A stretch of DNA of 59,726 nt, the filler included, from Jimgerdemannia flammicorona (Eukaryota), in assembly GCA_003990765.1 (NCBI GenBank). It is 2 parts of 2 records of this genome, joined end to end, with 100 filler letters (N's around TTAATTAATTAA, not from the genome) between each part and the next. Parts side by side here need not be neighbours in the genome. Positions count along the whole stretch, not along the records: positions 1 to 29,815 come from RBNJ01000468.1; 1 more part is not named here. One strand, 5' to 3'. The notes under the pieces were generated by a model. The model was not told where the DNA came from. It made no database searches and saw only the letters and a program-made list of their open reading frames with translations. The position numbers were made by a program, and so were the translations under genes. Position 1 is the first letter of the stretch; each line of letters opens with the position of its first letter. Shown piece after piece: positions 15,237 to 28,700 of this stretch.

Positions 15237-18200
15237 TTATGATTTTTGGACTAGAACCTCACAGGTGGTCATCACATTTTGCTTCTCTTGTATAGGTTTG
15301 TGATACTTCTTGAGTCTGTTCCTATGTACTGTGGTAGGCAGTATGGTCCCTGAGATTTTTCTAAGCCAGAAGGTAGTTCCCTTGATATCTTGCACATAGA
15401 AGGGTCCTTCCCATTTGGACTCCAGTTTTTGTGACCATGAGGCTTCTACCATATTTCAATACAGTAGAACCTTTTCTCCAATTCAGTTGGGTTCTAGGGC
15501 CTTTTGATTCTTTTCCGCATTCTTCCTTATCAGTGCTTGTAACTTGATGATATAATCTTTAGCCTTCTTCCTGATTTGGTATAGTCTCTGGATTTCTGTA
15601 TCAACCCATCTCCAAGTTAGGTCTAGATTTGTAGCTGAGGTTCCATCAGAATCTTCTTCTCCAAAGAACAGCTCCCTTGGGATAAAGTGTGTGCTCTGTG
15701 ACCATATGTCTTATAGGACAGAGAGAGCAGTTGGGAGATAGTTATCCCAATTCTCATATGTCTCTGAGATCTTTGCTAGGATGTTCTTAAGAGTCTTTTT
15801 GGTTCTCTCTATCTATCAATTTCCTTGAGGGTAGTATGCAGTGGTCTTAATGTGCTGGATCTTGTATTTCTGATACATTATCTCATAGAATCTATTGATA
15901 AATTCTGTGCCATGGTCTGTTGTGATTTACTTTGGTGTCTTGTAGCAGCAGATGATTTTTTGATGCAGGAAGTCAGCTATAGAGAGGGCATTGGCTTCTT
16001 GTAATGCTCCTGCCCCTATCCATTTGGTGAAGAGATCTACAATAACTATAATATAATAGTATTACTGATAGTGGCCCAATGATATCTATTATGATGTGGT
16101 GGAAGGGGATAGGCTCAATTCTTGATGATCTGGGTGCCTGGTCTTATTGATCTTGTTTCTGTTTTTGGCACTTGTCACACCCTTTGACAAATTGGCACAG
16201 GTCTTCTTCCATCTTAGGCCACCATATGGTTCTTCTTGCCTTATCATATTTGTTGGTTCCTCTTAGGTGTCCTTGCTTGTATACTTCCCATTACTTGATA
16301 CTTCTTGTATTTAGGTATTACTAGCTTTCCTCCTTTTCTGAGTGTAGTGTTGTCTAGTTCAAACTGTTTCCAAGTCTGGTTGATGATGGTGATTGTTCAG
16401 GGTTCAAGGTGGTTGGACATCTTCTGCTGCCCAAGGTAGCTGATTAATCTATAGTATAGCTCCTTATTCATATGAAATAGTCTTGTTGAGAGTATTTTGG
16501 GGTGTCCTTGAGAGTGCATCAGCATTGGTATTGGTTCTTCCTGAGTTGTGCTTAGCAGTATAGTCATACTCTTGCAGCCTGTAGATCCATCTGACATATA
16601 TTCATTTGGAGTTCAGAGTGTAGAATAGCCAGGCAAGGGTGGAATAGTCTGTTTGAATAGTGAAGTATTTCCCAGCTAAGTAGTAGTGGAACTTGTCTAC
16701 TGCCCAAACTACTGCTAAGCATTCAAGCTTATATGACTTGTAGTTCTGTTCTGCTCCATGGGTACCTCGACTTGCATAGGAGATAATATATTCATGTCCA
16801 TCTTTCTTCTAAGCTAGGACAGCTCCAAGTCCTATAGTACTTGCATCTGTCTGCAGGATGAATTCTAGGTTCCAGTCTGGTCTTCTGAGGATAGGTGCTT
16901 GGATCAACTTGGTCTTGAGTTCATTGAAGGTTTCTTGGTACTCCTTGGTCCATTTAAATTTGGTTTCCTTCTTCAGTAGCTCATAGATGGGTGTTACAAT
17001 GTTAGAGTATCCTTTGATGAACCTTCTGTAGTAGCTGGCCAGTCCAAGGAAGGTGTGGACTTCTGTAGTTGTTATGTGTCTTGGGTAGGCTGCAATAGCC
17101 TAAATCTTCATAGAGTCTGTGTGGATTCCAGTCTGGTTGATGAGGTGTCCTAGATAGGTGATTTCCTGAGATACAAACTTGCATTTCTTAGGCTTGATGT
17201 AGAGACCATGCTCTTTAAGCTTCTTGAGGGCTAGTTGTATATAATTGACATGTTCCTGTACAGTATTGCTGAAGATGATCACATCATCAATATAGATAAA
17301 GAGCTATTTTCCAATCTCATTGCTAAAGACTCTGTTCATCATTCACTGGAAACTTGCTGAGGCATTGCACATTCCAAATGGCATTTGCAGGTAGGTATAG
17401 ATGGTATCAGGTGTGATGAAGGCTGATTTCTCACTGACATCTTGAGTGAGACCAATCTGATGGAAGCCTGAGAACAGATCCAAGATGGTATAGTATTTGG
17501 CTTCACTCCCAAGAGTAATAAGGATTTCTTGAATATTCGGCAAGGGCTGCCTATCCTTCTTGATGATGGTATTGAGCTTCCTGTAGTCAATACAGAGTCT
17601 TGGTACAAACTCTCCAGGATTGCTTTCTTTCTTTGGGGCAAGGACAATGGGTGAGGCCCAGGGGCTGATAGCTTGCTTGATGATTCCAACTTCTTCCATT
17701 TTCTTGAGTTCTGCTTGCAGCCATTCTCTATAGGCAGGTGGTATAGGTCTGGCTTTCTGGTAGATGGGCTTGGTATTACTAGTGTCAACTTTGTGGTAGT
17801 ACTTGGGTTCTTGATTGTGGATATCCTGGAAGTCTGTAGCAAGTACTCCTTCATTCTGATGTAGGATCTTGAGAAGTTGTTCCTCCAGAGAAAAGTTTTC
17901 TCCAATAGTGTATGGGTGCTTATTCTGGTCCTTGTCTTTCTTGTGCTCAAGTTTGGTAATCCTGGTGGCAGTATAGGCTCCTCTTCCAGTAGATCCAAAG
18001 CCTTGTTCTCCTCTCTTGGTCTTGATGAGTTCAATGGCTTCTATGATCTTAGGCTTCTTGATTTCATGGATCAGCATCTGACCAATCCTGTCATGCTTCT
18101 TGACTTTGAATGGGGTGGTGGGGTTGTGATTCCTGACTATAAGAAAGATCTCACCAGTATAATCAGGGTCAATTACTCCTCCTTCAACTGAGATTTCACT

Positions 18201-20560
18201 TTTGGCCAGACTGCTCCTGGTCTTAATAATTCCAGCATAGTTCTCTGGCAGCTTGACTCCAATTCCAGTGCCAAGTAGGGTAGTGGTCTGTGGTTTGAGG
18301 GTAGTATCTTAAATACTGGCAAGGTCCATTCCTATGACTCCTTCAGTCTTGTATTCTGGGATCTTGGCTTCAGGGTGAAACTTCTTGACCTTGAGGGTGA
18401 TGTCTGATTCTTGTTCCTCCTCATCATCACTATCAGCCTGGAGCTCTGGGTGCTGGTCATCTTTTTCAGCTTTCCTTTTTGCTTCAGTGATTTCTTACTC
18501 ATGTTTCTGTTGGTGGATTTTCCTGACTTCACTAATATAGGACCAGCAGTCATTCAGGTGTTCAGAGCAGTACATCTTAGTACCATGGGGGCATCTTCCT
18601 TGAGGGGTATACCCATCAATGATCTTGTTGTACCACTGCTCATCTGTGAGCTTGGGTGTCTTGTTCTTGTTCTTATTCACCAAGTACATGAAGTCCTCTG
18701 TGTTCTCTTCATCTCCTTCCTCTATGTCTGGTAGGACTCCTTTGTGAACATTGATAGAGACTTGTACCTTTCTTCCTCTATAGTTGATCTGCATCTTCTT
18801 GGCATTGAGATCAATAATAGCCTTGGCCTTGTGAAGCCATTGGTTGCCAATGAAGATGTCATAGTTGGTGGTACTTGTAATAATCACATCTACTGAGATA
18901 GGAGCTCCTCCTATCTTGATGGAGACTTCTCAGATTTTGCCAAGGGGGGTAGCTCATATACTATCTGCTGTGACATAGACCATCTTGGTGGACTCTTCAA
19001 TGTCCCAGCCTAGGTGGTCAATTGCCTTCTTGCTCATGAGGCATCCTCCAGCACTAGTATCAATGATGACATCAAAGATACAGTCTTCAATCTGACATGG
19101 AGTATAGGCTGATGTCTTGTGCTGGTCTTCAGATTCTTTACCTGAGTTCTCAGATTCTTTCTGTGCATTGTGAGCTTCTACAATCTTGTACTCTTGATTC
19201 TTAGTAGTAGTTGCAAGTCCTACTCTCAACTGCTGTCTAAAGGCAGAGACTTAGGCTAGTTGTCCAAAAGTGGCATTGACCTTCTGTTCCTTAAGGTTCT
19301 TGTAGATATCATACTGGTGGATCTTGGTCTTGTGCAGCTTCTATTCCTTCTTGCTTTCACTTTCTCCTGAAACTGGAATAGTGTCTTCAATGATTTGGTG
19401 GGCAGCTTCATCTAACTCCATGTCTTGATCAATCTCCTCAGGTTGGGTCTTACTTTGAATAGTGATAGCTGGGGTCTTCTTTAGTCTTCCAACTGGCTTG
19501 CTGTTGCTCTTCTTGTCATAGGGCTTGGACTGGGTTCTGGTACCTTCAGTAGCAGGGTAGAATTCAAGCTCCTCATAGTATTCTTCATCATTAGTATCAA
19601 CAATCTCCTCGATGACTACTGCATTGGTTTGTTCTCTGGTTTTGCTAGCATTGCTTGATTTGGCTTTGTATCTTGTTTCAGTCATGCAATTCTTTGCATA
19701 GTGGTCTTCTTTTCTGCATCTGAAGCATATGATATTGCATTCTTCTATAGCAGCTGCAAATCTCTGCACTGGTCTCCTGTTGGCACTTCAGACTTCTCTA
19801 ACAACATCACCAAGGTATGCAGTCATCTCAGCAAACTGCTTAGCAAGTTCCTCCACTGGGTCAGCTTTGGCTATCTTGGGAATAAGTAGGGTTGGTTGTC
19901 TGTTTACAACTGTAGCAGGTATAATACTAGTTGGCTTTGATGGCTCCATCTTGATATCAGTTATTTTCTCCATTGAGTGTTCAGCAGGGTGTCTGGCAGT
20001 CCAAAATCTCTGTACAAAGACCACTTTCTGATCAAGGGTCAGTGCAGCTGGGGTAGACTGGATTGCTAGGGCAATTTCAGGGTGAACTTCTTTGAGGAAG
20101 GTTGAATCTACTATTTGTTCCTTGAGGTGGTCATCATAGCAAGCCAGGACAATCTGGTGACAGATTCAGGTATAGAATGAGTTGGGATCTTCACTAAGTC
20201 CCTGGCAGATAGTATTGAGTTTATTCTTAAGAGCTTGCTTGATCTCTTCAGTATAGTATGTTGTTCTGAGGAAGGCCTTCATATTGGCAAGTTCGGCTAC
20301 ACTAGCATCAGCAATGGTCGCTGCATTGAACTTGTCTCTGACAGATCCTCTGAGGCTGACTGGTAGAAGGGCCAATTGAGCATCTACACCAAGGGCTTAT
20401 ATAGTGGTGAATTGTTCAAAGTCTTCAATGAAGGTCAGGATTGACTCTTTAGTAGTATATGTATCTATAGAATGTGGGGGGATGCATTTCCATCTTATCT
20501 TGAATTCTTACAGGGGTGACTCTTGTAGTCAGGATAGTTGTTGTGGGAGTTGTTTGTTTT
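15237..20560 (-). pseudogene. gag-pol of family A copy 1 (many C-to-T nonsense codons)
   Basis: Zn knuckle CFRCRKEDHYAKNC, protease IIDTSAGG, RT SPWASPIVL...RLCIDYRKLN...YIDDVIIFS, RNase H EFILQTDAS, integrase HH-CC and GPF (KWEGPFYV). No chromodomain seen. Confidence 0.93.
17985..18400 (-). pseudogene. dut: dUTPase domain between protease and RT (family A copy 1)
   Basis: All five trimeric dUTPase motifs: GMDLAS, KTRSSLAK, GGVIDPDYTGEI, DRIGQML, RGEQGFGSTG. Confidence 0.92.
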
Positions 20561-20613
20561 TCAGCTTGAAAGTGAGGGATTCATCTTGAATCACCAGCCA
20601 ATGGGCACCAAGT

Positions 20614-22168
20614 TATTACATAGTAGTTTCTGAGTTCTTTAAATATATCAGATTCTCTTCAAGGTGTATCTCTTAGACTAACTCAAGTTTGTTATAAGCA
20701 AGTTCTTATTAGAGTGCCTTTCTAAGGTCTTATAGTCCTCAAACTTCTTATCTTTAAACTGTCTTATTATCTCTTCGATTGCTTGCAAGGAAGTGTATAT
20801 ATTGCACTGAGAGGAACTGACTTTATTTTAGAGGAAATAAGAGGGGTATTTATACAAAATATAATTCAATGGTTGCTAAGATATAAAGCTAAATATAAAT
20901 TCCAATAACTAAAACTACTAAGTTCTAGGGTCAGAACTGTTGGTTGTACAGGTTCAGGATGCTAGTATAATTCAGTATCACATCAGAATACTGGTGCTGG
21001 CATTATTCAGTGCTATCTCAAAATGCCAGTGCTGGAACAATTTTGTATCACCTCAGAATGCTGGTGCTGGCATTATTTAGTATAATATAACAAGAGACTT
21101 AGAGCAGAATGTTCAGGACCATGGAGGCTTCATCCTTGTCATCAGAGGTCAGGATATCTTCAAAGGAGATTAAGTCTGCAAATTTGTCATATAGGTTGCG
21201 TATTTCATATATATTGATATCATGCGGGATGATGTCATTGCCGATGACATCATCACATTCAGCAGTGGCAGGAACAAGGAGATCTGGAGCTCTCCAGTTT
21301 ATGAGGTTCTCTTCCACAAAATAGGGAACAAATGTGGGGTCTTGGAGAAATCTAACCTGGATACTTGAGCCTTAGAATACTGAGATCAATCCTTGCAGGA
21401 ATTAGTCTGGGCTGTCCTAGAGGATAGGATGCCAGAAGTCTTCTACTTCATCAGTATTGAGGGTGATAGTGGACTGGGCTTCTGTAGCCACCCTGGCTTC
21501 TAGTGCATTGATACAGCAGGATGACAGGTCTCTGAAATCTGAGACTCTAACATACTCTAAGTTGGGGATTGACTATGGTGCATGCCTGAAGATCTGATAG
21601 ATCTTCTTAACTGTCCTCATTTTATGTATATCCAGGAGAGTGATATCTTGTAGCTCTTGAGTGCTGGACTATAGAAACTCCCAGCAGAGGAGGTTTTCTA
21701 TTTTGTACTCCTGCCATATTTAGAGGTATTCAGTGGCAATGGTGATCCTTGTTTCCATTTTACAGTAGTAGAGGATATAATGATAATGGTCACTAGTACC
21801 CAGGTTGACACTAGGAGTCCTTCTTGAGTGAGTCCTCATGGCTCTTCTGATGTCTTGGAACATCTTTTCTTTGACTAAGGTACCTTGGTAGTTCCTTGAC
21901 CTTGAGGTTTGGTGGGCAGCAGGCATTTGGTTTATAGTAAGTCTTTGAGCTATTTTGGGATTGATGGGTCTTGTTGGTTACTATTACTGCAGTTCCTTGA
22001 TCCTTCTTTTATATTCCTCAGGATGTTTATACTGTAGTCACAATGACTCACAGTTGGTCATCATTACTCATCTCATATGCTGTATAATCTTCTTGTACTC
22101 TGATCTGGTGGCTTGCAAGGAAAGACTGTCTCCTGTGCTGATATCATCATTCTGAGGTCACCATTGCA
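20614..22168 (-). repeat. 5' LTR of family A copy 1 (~1.55 kb)
   Basis: Homologous to 13926-14923/7475-8037 and to LTRs 46494-48062 and 53748-55314; begins TGCAATGG. Confidence 0.95.
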
Positions 22169-22933
22169 ATATATAGAACTAGTACTCTTTGCCTATATAT
22201 CAATAGATATAATTGGCTCTCTATCTTTGACTTTGAATGATAACCAATAGATATAATTAGCTCTCTACCTTTGACTTTAAATAGTAACCAATATATCATT
22301 ATTATTATAGATCTTTTTATAAAATAAATAGAGACAGGACCTAAAGAACTCAATGTACAGTCAATTACTGATTTCTTTTATAAAGAAATCATCTGCCAAT
22401 TCAAGACTCCAGCACAAGTAACTACAAACAGAGGAATAGAATTTTTAAATTAGTTCCTTAAGGTTCTTTTTAAGAAGTATAAGATCCAGTATATTCAGAC
22501 TACAGCCTATCATCTTTAAGAAAATAGATAAGTAGAAAGAACTAATAAAACTCTCAAAAATATCATTGCTAAGATCTATAATAACTATGAAAACTGAGAC
22601 CACTATCTACCAACAGAATTATCTACTCTCTGGAATATCAAATCACCCATTTAATCTCTTGGGAGATACTGTTTAGAGAAGAAAATTCTTAAGAAATCTA
22701 TTAGGGCAGCTACTAAACTCAAAGCCAGAAATAGAAAAAGAAGACTAGATCTGAGAATATCAGCTCTTCTACACTAAGATCACTATCACTAAAAGAGTAT
22801 ATAAGTTATTCAGATAAGATAAAACAGCTCTAGATTATTTTCAGAGAGTAGCTCCAGGAGACTTTAGATATATCAAAAGTAATATTAGAAGAATGTAATG
22901 GTATAAATTGCACAGTATAAGGAGATTTAACTG

Positions 22934-23138
22934 TTCAAGACTTATAAAAAGTAACTTACAACTTAGCTACCTTATAGCTAGCAAACTTGTATAAATATCC
23001 TCAGTATCTAGAGTGAATAAACCTTAGATCAAAATAGTTTAAAGCAAAGAGAAAGCAAGAGAACTAGTAAGCCTATAGGTAGATATACTCCAAACTCACC
23101 CACTTCTGTATCCCTATACTTATATAGTTATATATCTA
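22934..23138 (+). repeat. Partial 3' LTR of gypsy family B
   Basis: Direct repeat of ~830-1090 with an internal deletion. Confidence 0.7.
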
Positions 23139-23749
23139 CTATGTTATAGTATCTAGAGATAATAAACTCTACCTTAGAACTTTATGAGTTTTCTATAGAC
23201 CATTTTGAATTTAAGAAGATCTACAATTTCATCTCTAGAGAATTCTATTATAAATAAGTTAAGAGAGAGCAAAGAAGAGTACTGTTTATTACTCAAGTTA
23301 GATTATATATTTGTATATTAAAATTAGTAATATAATTAAAAGTAATATAGTCATATATAAGCTATAAATTATTGAGATACAAATAATAAGAATTTCAATA
23401 CTTTAATATAATGAGAAAATATATAAGCAGAAATGAAAGGTTATAAGAAAAATAAGTAATAACTGCAAATTGACTCTAAATAAGCTAAAAGAATACTATC
23501 TATATATGTTTAAAATATAAGAAAATATAGTAAAAATTTAGAATATAGATAGATCTCATTGCTCTAGAGAATACTCATATTAACAATAGAGCTAAGTTCA
23601 ACTATTATACATATTATATATAAAGGTCTCAATCTTCTAGACTATCTCTAAAACTAGAAGCTCTGATACTTAATAGCAAATTCTATCAATTAATAGCTCT
23701 AATAATAAAGTATATAGAATAAAAAACAGTAGATCTCTCTAAGCAACTC

Positions 23750-25275
23750 TGCTCTTCAATGAGAATATAGTATCATAATAACTATAATAACTATTATACA
23801 AAATTATGACTCTATTGCTCTCAAATAGACTAATTATTAATATCTAGAACTAGTAAGAGATATTAATCCTCTCTAATACTCTCTTTAGCCAAACTTATCA
23901 AACTCAATCATAGGTCTTCTTCTAATTCAGAAAGTCCAATCTCTCATAGTCTATAAGCTCTTACTCTTTCAATTATACTATATACCTGTATTATTTCATC
24001 TTTAATTAGCCTATTACTTAGCTTCTAATACCTATTGGACCACTATTTATAGTCTTGTAATAATCATCTTAGTGAACAACTTTCTATCCATATTCAAAAG
24101 TATAATCAGCCTCTAATTTTTCCAATCCTGTTATCTATTTTTATCTTTATATAGTAATACTACTAGACTGAGATTTTATCTCTTAACTTACTCTCTAGAT
24201 ATGTATAAAGACAAAGTCACAAAGTACTGTCATCTCTTTTAATATTCCTAGAACTCTACTATCTTCCTCTAGAAGTCATAGCAGGTCATTCTTACTAGAT
24301 ACTATATCTAATTTCATAGCTTATAAAATACTCACAATTTCATCCTCCTGAATTAGCAGAATCAGATCCTTAATATTATCAATCTATAGAGAGTACCAAT
24401 CCTCTAGAAAGTACTCAATAGCTTTCTCATCTATACTCTCTTTCTCTTTACTCTATAGATCTCCTCACTGATTCTTCAAAGAACTCAAGATCTGCTATAT
24501 CTTATTTATCAGAATACTCTTCTCATCTATACTCTATTCTATCCTTCTCATCTATAGTTAGATATTTAGTATGCCTCTTATCTTTCTCAAGCTCCTACCA
24601 TTATAACCAAACTACTAAACTCTAAACTCAAGCCTTCTCCTTCTTTCTCAATACTCTCTTTAACTTCTCTATCTCTATTTAGACTTATTCCAGTTTCCAA
24701 TCTTCTATAGCCTCCTGGTTCAATTATTAGCTTATTCCAGCTATAATCTCTCCAACTAACAGAAAGTCTACCTCACTATCTATCTCTACTATACTCTTAT
24801 AGCCTCCTTCAACTTCATCCAGTAGACTCTTACAGAAGATCTCTTACAATTCTAGTAGATAATCTTTAACTTAATATTCTTCATCTAAGTCTTCTATAAC
24901 TCTAACTCTGATAGTAAGAAGAAATTGAGATACTAATATCTAGGCTCATTCTTACTCTTTCCAAACTGATCATACTCTATTAGCTCTCAATGATCTAAAT
25001 TTAGAGACTACTTAATCTTCAGATCTATCTAGATATATATTTCCCAATAGTTAGTAGTTAGTATCCAGTCAATCATTGTTCTAAGTCTATTCATCTAGTA
25101 GATATAAACTCAAATATTCTCTCATAATACACTGTGAGTATCTACTAAAGAACTTAGATATTCCACTTTCTTTTAGATATCTAGACTACTATTTCTACCT
25201 TTAGTACTTCTCTCTTTATTAGTTTAATTCAATAGTATATTCTCTATTATATTAAAATCTCTACTATGTACATCC
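23750..25275 (-). mobile_element. Highly decayed LINE ORF2 relic related to 8038-13925
   Basis: AT-eroded match to the RT region (SLVVLLYKDK...DWKN*RLIILL at ~24100-24170) and to the end of the APE domain (~24950-25270). Confidence 0.7.
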
Positions 25276-25740
25276 ACATCAACCTCAACAATTATATCAT
25301 ACTTGGGAAGATTATCAATTCACTCCTCTAACTATAGAGTAGTAGTAAGAGTAAATAACTACTGACTCTCACCCAGGCCTCCATTACTCCCCCCAATTGG
25401 CCAACTCTCTATATAGTCTATTGATATATTAAGATAATACCTTATTGATAATAACAAAAGAAAGAAGAAGCTATATCAATATAAGTATACTTCAGATATA
25501 GTCAAAGGTATCAAAACCTATAAAAAAGTAGATAAAGTACTGATCTGAAATCAATAAAAGAGTAATTTATCACTATTGCCTTCCTCTCACTTCTCTGCAA
25601 TAGGTATACTAAGATAGAGGGGGGTATATATTAGAGATAAGTAACTTGGTTAGTTGTTTACCAGATCTTATAATTAGTATAGTAGTAGAGAAAGGAATAT
25701 TATATAATATATATATATATTTAAATAAAAACTCTATCTA

Positions 25741-28700
25741 TTTTTTTTTTAAAGTCTCTCAGACTTGCCATTTATTACCAGTCTATATATAAATATACAA
25801 TATCTCCTCCCACTACCCAATACCTACAGAGGGGCCCTCTCTCTCCCCCCCCTACTCCTTCATGCTTAAAGATCACTCTCTCCACTTCCCCCACTCTGGC
25901 CACAAATCTTCTCTACTAGATAATGCTGCCAACTACTCTGCAGTTCCCAACAAAGCCACCAGTCCATCAGAGTATCCTCCAACAGGTCCTCCCATTACAC
26001 CAGCTATGCCCTTAAGCCCCATTATCTTCCATCCTCAAACACATACAACCAATATTCTATCAGCCCTACCCACACTACCAGCACCCACTCTAATATAATC
26101 TATTCCTTCCCAACCTCTCCTACCAATCTATCTCTCAGATCCTTCCACTGGTCCCTCATATCATCTCCTTGCTGCATGACACCCAACCTCTTCCCAACCT
26201 CTATCCAGAAGTTATTAAGTACCTTGCACCCTCTAAGTCAATGTTCAGACATCTGTATAAAACCCCCTTCCTGTCTGACATTATAGCACTTCTCACAGTC
26301 AAAAATTCCCCCTTCTATCAGATGGCCAGAGTGAAAATTGAGCATGACATTCCTCCTTAATATGTACCATTAGACTATCCAATACTTCAGTAGCAACTAC
26401 TGCCAAACCTCAGCACTCCAGCTCCAGATCCAGTTCCAGTCCCACTCTTTGCCAATGCTAATCAACTGCCATCCACTGGGCCACAGATCCTGTCCCAGCC
26501 CCTTCTAGCACTCAACCCCATCACTAATATCAAAGTTATCAAGAAGAATGCCACTCAGTAATACTTAGTCCCATCTCTACATCACTGGGCCCCAAGGCCT
26601 TTCTCTCTTATTACTCTGCTAATGAATACTGATGCAGTGTGCCCCATCAGCAACTCTCCACCAGAAGTCTTTAAACTATATATAGTCATTGTTCTGCAGT
26701 CCAATCAAGGCCAGAAGATCCCCAGTAGATCTCCTCAGTAAGGATTTCATCTCCCAGATCTTCTTCAACAAAGGGACCCAGCTGTCTCTCCCCAGCTCAA
26801 CTGCCCTCTTCAGCCACCATACTCTTAGACAGTGTAGCCTCTTTGGGAAGTCAACCCATCCTAGACTCCCTCTAGACACCAGTAAGGACAAAATCTCTCA
26901 GTTAATCTAACTACTCCTCTCTGCTCAGATTCACCTCTTGGCCAGTTTCAGCAGTCTCTTCACCACTCAGACCAGGAAGTCCAGATAATATGCCAGATAC
27001 CACAGCTTTGGCAGTCAGTAGGTATTTAAGATGGAAACATGCTCTGCTAGTGACAAGTGGTGGCTTCTCCAGCTTTGCAATATCTCCCCCCAGATCACCA
27101 CCTGCTGCTTCCACTAGTGCTTTAGAAGAATAGACCCATACACCAACAGATAGATGTCCAAGTACCTCACTGTCTCTCCAGCAGGGACAATTGTCCCAAT
27201 GACCTCCCCCCATACTAGGCCATTATCCAGTACCATTGTTTCACATTTGTGCCAATTGAGTTTAGCCCTAGAGTGTGTCTTATATCACTCCACAGTCTCC
27301 TTGAGCTCTACAATGTCAGTAAGTGAACCCAGACCAACCATCATATCATTCACAAAGGCTCCAACTCTCCACTCAATACCATAAACTGAGAGTTCTTCTA
27401 TCCTCTACTGAATTCTATCTATTAAGAGCTCTAGAGAGAGTATATACAAAATGAGAGACAGTAGATCCCTCTGGAAAACACCTCTACCCAAAGAGAAGGC
27501 CACCCTATGATGTCAATTATACATGAGCACTGTCCTGCTCCCTTTCAGCAGGCTGACCATCACTGCTCAGAACTGATGAGAGATACCAATCTAGTCCAGT
27601 ACCTTAGCCAATCAGGCCCTCTGGACATAGTCATAAGCCTTCTGATCTAAGAATACTAGGCACCCATTCAATCCACAGGCCCTCACCTCTTTAATAACAC
27701 TATATATCCAAGCTGTACCATTCTGAATAAGGCAGCCACCAATAAATTTCCATTGCTCCTCCCCCAAGACTTGCTGGGCCACCTTCTGCAGCCTTGCTAC
27801 TACCATCTTAGTAATCAACTTCCAGTCCATGTCTAGTAGCATAATTGGCCTCCAGTTTCTCCAGTTCTCCCTCTTACTCTTGTTCTTATACAGCAGCATC
27901 ATTAACCCCAGATCCTGCTCCCCTACCCATCTTCTGGATTTCAGTACCAAGTCACAGAGCACTCTCATCTCTCCCAGCACTCTGGGAATGTCCACCATCC
28001 TCTTCCAGAAAACCCAGAGCAAGCCATCCTCACTCAGTGCTGTGCCCAGCTTCATCACAGCAAGAATCTGGCAAATCTCCTCCTCCTGCACTAGTAGTAC
28101 TAGCTTGTCCAGTCCTTCTACTGGTGGCAGGTATCAATTCTCTAAGGTATGACCAATGGTAACCTTGCCCTCCTCCTCACTCCATAAACCACTCCACTGC
28201 TCCTTCAATGATCCAAGAATGTCTTGTATATCATATACCAAAGTTCCATCAGCCAAGACTCCTTTCTATCTCTACTGAACTCTCCTCACTAAGGGCCCTT
28301 GTAAGAAACTTAGAGGGCCTCTCTCCCTCCTCTAGTCTCTACCAATGGAGGTGTACTGCCATACTCTGCACCTGTGCTTCCTCCTCCTCTCTCAATACCT
28401 GTTGCAACTCTGCAACCTCTTTCCTCATCCATAATAACCTCCAATCCTCTACTCTCTTCAGGGCTGCCAGACTAGCCCAATCTTCTAATAATCTTGTCAA
28501 CCTAGCCAAGATCTATAACTTCTTCTTTCTCCTCTGTTTCCCAGCTACTCTACCTGTCTCTCTCCAATAAGTCCTAGCAGCCTCCTTCAACCTCATCTAT
28601 CTAACAAACTGTGGTATCTTCCTGTATCCACCTCTCTACTTGTTGATGAATATCCTCAGCCCACTTGTCCTACAGAACTACATTGTCCACTAGGGAGGAG

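Larger units (their letters stand above)
7475..22168 (-). mobile_element. Full-length dUTPase-bearing Ty3/gypsy element (family A, copy 1), with a LINE in its 3' LTR
   Basis: 5' LTR 20614-22168; 3' LTR 7475-8037 plus 13926-14923. 4-bp TSD ATAT (7471-7474, 22169-22172). PBS-like TGGTGCCCATTGGC 20597-20610; PPT GGGAGGAAGA 14924-14933. Gag-PR-dUT-RT-RH-IN order. Confidence 0.95.
830..23140 (+). mobile_element. Old, heavily decayed Ty3/gypsy LTR retrotransposon (family B), host of the nested insertions; 5' boundary uncertain
   Basis: Stop-riddled gag (KFAEMTAHLED ~1865), protease (VIIDTRAGGCLLS ~2590), dUTPase (~3255-3670), RT (~3900-4680), RNase H resuming at 6648 (KFQWT...EFDELK), integrase resuming at 22173 (IELVLFAYISIDIIGSL). 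Domain order matches family A. LTR-like direct repeat ~830-1091 / ~22934-23138. Confidence 0.85.
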
